NCBI GenBank assembly: GCA_022813865.1
Contig: JALDZX010000048.1
Coordinates: 124,001-161,295 of the forward strand
Origin: Xylographa opegraphella
Taxonomy: Eukaryota
Reading direction: 5' to 3'
DNA length: 37,295 bases
Part shown: positions 32,229-37,295 of the stretch, piece by piece
Layout of the letters: each line of letters opens with the position of its first letter
How positions within the stretch are numbered: the first letter of the stretch is position 1
Program-made: the position numbers and the translations under genes
Notes under the pieces: generated by a model
The model's database searches: none
Told to the model about the DNA's origin: nothing
Seen by the model: the letters and a program-made list of their open reading frames with translations, nothing else

Positions 32229-33340
32229 CTAGAATAGCTTCTTCTGGGCTGCGGGCCCGTTCTCCCTGTCGAACGAGGCATACGACACCTGCAAGCTAGA
32301 CACAGCCGATATCGCAACGTACAAAATAGAGAGGAGCAAAGACCCAGCGAAAAGCCCCATGAAAAGACCTAATGCACGGTTAATGCCGTATGACGACAGT
32401 ATGCACCTTACATTACTGACCTGGAGTAAAGTATTGGTATCGCTCGAAAAGCGGTAGAGAAGTACCATTGGTCCTGTTGCCCGATGCAGTCGCATGCATT
32501 GATACATCTCGTTTCAGATACATATGTACGAGCGGAGACATCGTTTGATCCATCTCGTACATGGTAGGCTCGATATCTGCGTGTTGATGATATTCCGTAA
32601 GAGGTGTGGTAGTATAGACCACTGTGTAGTTTGGAGACGGAAGGATGTTCAGAAGGTTATAGAGGAAAAGGTCTGCCATCACTGTTAGAACACCAGTTAA
32701 TAACAGTCGGTATAATGAGGCATACCGTTTCTTCGGAAAGAAGTGGATCTTTCGGTCCCAGCAGGTGGTGCTGCAAAGTCGACCTTGATAATCCGTGGCT
32801 TCATATCGTCCACAATATCGAAGAGTCCAGCTATAACATCTGTGTTAGCAAACGGACGGCCATGCATTCATTTCAAGAAGAGGACACGCACTTGAAGCGT
32901 CTATGTTCAATGTTCCAGCTCCACACTGCTGCTCCAGGGTATTCGACAACGCAGTTGTATCAATCTCGCCCAGAACTGCTGAAACGGTGAAGCTAGATCG
33001 TACATCCTTGTCCTCCCCAGAGACATATCGCCTCAAATATGGTATAGAACGTTGCGACTTGTAATCCGTAGCTGTGGCGCCAGGCTGGGAAACGATGACA
33101 TATATGTCTGACGGACACTTTCTTAATTCTGAACTGAGGATCGTGCTTAAGGATGCCGCTGTAGCGATTTGTGGAGAGGAGGCGAGTATTCTATGGTAGA
33201 CATCGTTAGCTGTGCGTGTAGGCAACATATACCCTGAAGTCATACTCAGATGAGGAGAAGAACACAAACGGCGATGTGTTCTCGAATGCGTCCACGAACG
33301 CTATTGCAAGGGCGCAAGCCCCAACCTTCAGGAAACGCAT
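32229..33340 (-). CDS. BIG1: BIG1 / V-ATPase Ac45-Voa1 family ER membrane protein, 5 exons
   Basis: Signal peptide followed by AFENTSPF, CPSDIYVIVSQPG, LFERYQYFTPGLFMG...SLQVSY.SFD. Introns are 33245-33191, 32891-32831, 32725-32673 and 32420-32369. Confidence 0.88.
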
Positions 33341-33503
33341 TACGCTGTACGTTATCAACGACGTGGTTGAGTTGATACAGTAGAAGGAATCATGCGGGCG
33401 GCTTGACGTTGCAGCTTCCGCCGCTAGTGGCAGCCGAAGTTCTCCACTTCTCCAAAGTTGCTCCCCGCGACCGTCAACAAATATTCTTCGTCACCACTAT
33501 AGA

Positions 33504-34258
33504 ATGCTTGGGAAAAGGAGGCGATCCGGGCTAGTTGCGCCGCCAAAGAAGAGGCAGAAATCGTCCTCTGCGATCGAGGAGATCACGTTTGACTTCGGCG
33601 CGAGAGAAGACTACCTTTCCGGTTTTCACAAGCGAAAGTTGCAGCGGATCAAGCATGCACAGGAAGAAGCTACAAAGAAGGAGCGAGAGGACAAGATTAC
33701 GGCCCGAAAAATGGTTAGAACTTGGGTGGCCTGGCGGAGCACAGTTCTTACTGACACATGGCTATTTAGCTCAGAGAAGGCCGCAAGGAAGACCTCGAGA
33801 AGCACGTTGAAGCGGTCAATGCTTTGCTAAGAAAAGCAGATGGGCAAGATGATGTAATAAGTGGCGACGAGGATGAATCTAATCTGGGGAAATGGGATGG
33901 CATAGCTGAGGAAACCAACATTGATCATGAAGCAGAATATGAAGACGAAGACCGGCATACTACTGTAACCATTGAAGCAGTCGATGTTACCAAAGAGGGT
34001 TTGCAGAAAGCCGTCGCCGACGAAGGCAGTGAGAACGAGATCGACGACGTCTTAGACATAGCGAATGGGAATGTCCTAGACAAATATGCTGAAAAAGGTA
34101 CACCTCTCAAAGTGAAACGGGTATGGACCAAGGAACGGCCTGGAGGTCCAAAGAAGAAGAAGAAGAAGTTTAGATACGAAAGCAAGGCGGAGAGGAAGGC
34201 TACCAGACATAAAGAGAGATCGGGGAATAAAGCAAAGGCGAAGGCCAGGAAGGATTGA
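33504..34258 (+). CDS. RRP17: Ribosomal RNA-processing protein 17 / NOL12 (Nop25 family), 2 exons
   Basis: EEITFDF.AREDYLSGFHKRKLQRIK.AQE, intron 33714-33769, EYEDEDRHTTVTIE, KKKKKFRYESK.ERK. Confidence 0.93.
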
Positions 34259-34488
34259 TGCAAACAAAGTTCCGAATTTGATACCAAGGGGGGCAACGAA
34301 TCATGCTAGTTCTCTATGCTCGACTGGGTATGACAACGGCAAGCTCATCTAGTAGTGAAAGCAACACTGCCCATGACACCGACTTTCTGATTACACTCAT
34401 CACTTGCCGCAAAAACGCTCTCCTCTGCAAAGTCATAATCGCATTCCCAATTGCTCGGCAGACCGAGCCAATGTATGAGGTTGTGAAC

Positions 34489-35180
34489 TCACAAGCCCTC
34501 AATCTCACGCCGAAAATCTTCCAAGGCGCTGTTCGCTTCGGCATATTTTTTGGACATCTCTTCGTACTTCATCTCCCACTGATCCCGCGCCTCCTCCAGA
34601 GCTTGCACCTTGCGTTCATAGTGGCCAGCTTTGATATCCGTTTGGCGTAATCTGAGACAAATATTAGTAAGGATGATGACCGCGCTGCTTCCAGGATACC
34701 AGACGTACTTCTCGTTGGTCTCTCTCAGGGTTTTGTCCGACTCTTCGGCTTCGTCTTCTAACAACTGTAGTCTTCTTTGCAAGCTCTCGTTTTGAGTCGC
34801 AGCCTGTGCACTGTCGTTCAACCCCACCTTGGCTTCTTTAACATGGCCCTCCAGCTTCTCGACCTCGGCCTCCAGGAGCTGGTTTCGGTGTGACAACGAG
34901 GTTATCTCTTGCTCTTTTGCCAAATTTTCTTGTTCGAGGCTCTTGACTTTGGCAGTGAGCTCTTCATTTTTGGCCTGAGCTTCATCTGCTTTGACATTGA
35001 GAGCTAGCATTTTCTAGGCAAAGTGTCAGTCCTGGATATCTCCTGGCCACGGAATAATGTAAAAAAGTAGTGGAAATAAGAGACATGAAACTCCATTGGA
35101 AGCGCAATTCTTCACCTGTAGTTCAAATATTTACTTTCTGAAAGTGCCTTTCTTACCTGTTTGATGCCTTCGAGAGCCAT
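34489..35180 (-). CDS. TPM1: Tropomyosin, 3 exons
   Basis: The first exon MALEGIKQ, with introns 35156-35014 and 34708-34652, gives a continuous coiled coil: LEQENLAKEQEITSLSHRNQLLE, LQLLEDEAEESDKTLRETNEKLRQTDIKAGHYERKV. Confidence 0.93.
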
Positions 35181-35379
35181 GATTGCGGCTTCTCTTTCGA
35201 TATTATATGAGGTGTGCTTGTTGAATTGGAGAAATCTGAAAAGCGGAGAGTGCCAGTGGACAGTTGAAGGTGAAGTGTTCAGTTGCTGTTGTAGTGTTGG
35301 GGTTTCAATGCTGGCGCGGCTTATGTCTTGCACTTGCAAGGATCTTTCGGCGCTTTCCGCTCTAGGCGAGACAAGCGAT

Positions 35380-35387
35380 GTAAACAA
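35380..35387 (+). promoter_or_regulatory. Forkhead (Fkh2/Sep1-type) consensus site GTAAACAA in the divergent tropomyosin-securin promoter
   Basis: Exact match about 110 nt upstream of the securin ATG, with related ATAAACA and ACAAACA sequences nearby. Function is inferred. Confidence 0.4.
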
Positions 35388-35494
35388 AGCGGTTCCAAGA
35401 ATATACATCTTTTCTATGCCAGAGACTCTCACATAAACAGGAACAAGAACTTTACAAACAATTGCGGCAACAAGTCACTCAATATCTACGCAGC

Positions 35495-36966
35495 ATGTTA
35501 GCGGCACGAGATCAAGAAAATTTGGTGCACGGCCATCAAGCAGCTGCAGCAGCGAAGTCTCTAAACCAGGGATCGAGACAACTCGCGCCGAAGACTCCCA
35601 GTAACAAAGCTTCAAAGACGCCGTTCAAGGTTCCTCTCAACGATGAGAATGTCGTTGTACCGTTTGGGGGGTTGAAGACCGCAGGGAAGCCGAAAGGCAA
35701 TGAGAACATGGTCCCAGGAAGCAAGCCCATGGGGCTTACCTCGAAGAATGCTTTCACTACACCTATGGGTATAGCTTTCGATCTTGTAGTGATACGAGTA
35801 TGTCTAAGATTACTTCCGCTGATGACGAGCAGGACCACGCAATAGAGCGCCTCTTGGCATGAAAACGACGAATGCCAAAGCCAAAGCATTTCAGACGCCT
35901 GCTCCAACCGCGTTTGATCTTGAACTAAACAAACAAGCACAAAAGACTGCTTCGGCTCGTAAGTCTAGACCTAAGGCATCGCTTGCGGAGCCGATCAAGC
36001 TGGACATTCTGGCGGATAAGAGTGAGCTGGACGCTGAGCCTGAGGAGCGGGAGATTGAATATATACCTTCCCATGCAAAGCGTAACGCACCCAGCCTCCC
36101 GAATTAGAGGACACATCTGATTTCTACTAGCTCTCCCTGATGTTCCAGATGATTTCGCCGATATGGACTTATCAATATTCAAAAATGGAGGACTCGTTCG
36201 GGACTATAGGGACTACTTTATGAACAGGCCAGATGATTCGGGGCTGAGTCGTAACCAACGCCGCGAAATGGAGAGACAAAAAGCAGTCGAAATGGAAGAT
36301 AAGAAGATCGAGGCCATGATGGTACGGGACATGGAAAGCGCCCTAATACCTTGCCTACATGAGCCAGAATGCTCAGAAGACGAGTGTAAGGATCTGCCAG
36401 AGATTCGCAGAAAGGCGGAGGAGAGGTTCAAAACGTCTATGGCTTTCATTGAGCCTGCGGAAATCCGACAGAAAAAGAAGAACGCTACCTCTCGGGCTCC
36501 TTCAAACATTCTCTCGAAACAGGCTGCCGGAGCACTCTCCCAGCCTAAGCCAACTGTCTCTATTATGGCTGCCAAAATACCAGCACCAAAAAGTCGCCTT
36601 CCGTTCGCTCAGATTTCTAGCCGCAAACAAGCTGCAATGCCGAGTAATCCATCTCCTATGAGGCATACAGCTGCCACTGTCGCATCTAGAAACACGATGG
36701 GGTATTCAAAGGGTCGGGTCACATCTGCTTGTATACGTAACGTTGGTATGTTCAAGGAGCCCAAAGAGAGTCCTGACACCAGCCTTCCCCCTGCCTTGTT
36801 CATCGAAAAGTATGGTATCCCAAGTATTGGTAGTGACATGTACCTACGCTGTAAGCATGCTGGCTGCTTCAAAGATGATGACGATGCGAACGAACTTCGA
36901 GGTGCTGAAAGACTCGAGGCTTTGTGGCGCGAACAGGCAGAAGAGGAGTTTGAGTTTACCTTGTGA
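35495..36966 (+). CDS. Securin (Pds1/Cut2-like separase inhibitor), 3 exons
   Basis: N-terminus MLAARDQEN, several TP (CDK) sites, D-box RAPLGMKTTN after intron 35769-35832, and separase-binding-like EREIEYIP...PLPD.P across intron 36082-36130. Confidence 0.75.
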
Positions 36967-37063
36967 TATAAACGGTTGATGACTTCTGTATTTGTACTTC
37001 TGATGATGGTCGAAACGGTTAAGGGGTTAAAAACACTTTTCGCTGATTAACAGGCGAAAACTC

Positions 37064-37241
37064 ATAGATATATTATATTATAATTCGCGGTGAATGTTAC
37101 GATTCTGAATTTTATTAATACAATTTGATTAAAATTTAAATTAAATTCGTCAATAAATAAATTAAATAAACATAATAATAATTTTATCGTTTTTAAAAAA
37201 ATAATAATTTTAATTATACTGAATTTGAAAAATATATTAAA
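37064..37241. other. Abrupt AT-rich, TpA-rich segment, probable RIP-degraded repeat relic
   Basis: Composition changes sharply from about 50% GC to a nearly A/T-only sequence (tataatttt, ataaattaaataa) with no credible ORF. Confidence 0.5.
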
Positions 37242-37295
37242 AGGCACGTGTATTTGGATCAGGGCGGGGGCAACAGTAATCGTATATTCGGTGAA

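Noticed and set aside
35014..35156. Possible recursive or twin intron in tropomyosin intron 1 (internal CAG|GTGAAG)
   Set aside because: The internal donor is weak and the first 41-nt part has no consensus branch point.
37062..37247. 61-aa Ile/Phe/Asn/Lys-rich ORF
   Set aside because: Artefact of the AT-rich sequence.

Overview
Gene-dense, intron-containing genomic DNA from a filamentous ascomycete (Pezizomycotina), inferred from short GT-AG introns with CTRAC/CTAAC branch points and from the gene set. I could reconstruct 17 spliced or single-exon genes. In order: a 5'-truncated TPR/MYND/SET-like gene broken by two +1 frameshifts, gamma-glutamyltranspeptidase, an intronless amidohydrolase-2 enzyme, the HEL2/ZNF598 E3 ligase, a secreted Kex2/Ste13-type repeat precursor, a GPI-anchored Cu-only SOD, PNGase A, a HeLo-like N-terminal domain protein without an NTPase, an allantoate-permease-family MFS transporter (one GC-AG intron), an RRM-like protein, PAM17, a secreted DPBB/expansin-like protein, a CFEM-like single-pass membrane protein, BIG1/Ac45-VOA1, RRP17/NOL12, tropomyosin and securin. 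The window ends in an AT-rich, probably RIP-degraded stretch. The most interesting candidate is the secreted precursor at 9984-11144. It has exact X-Ala/X-Pro dipeptide spacers, four Y..[IVL][WF]xR cores and a Gly-heptad Lys-rich central domain. A multi-stem structured non-coding segment at about 12530-12710 is a second candidate. No rRNA, tRNA, CRISPR array or intact transposon was recognised. All calls come from reading the sequence, with no database searches.
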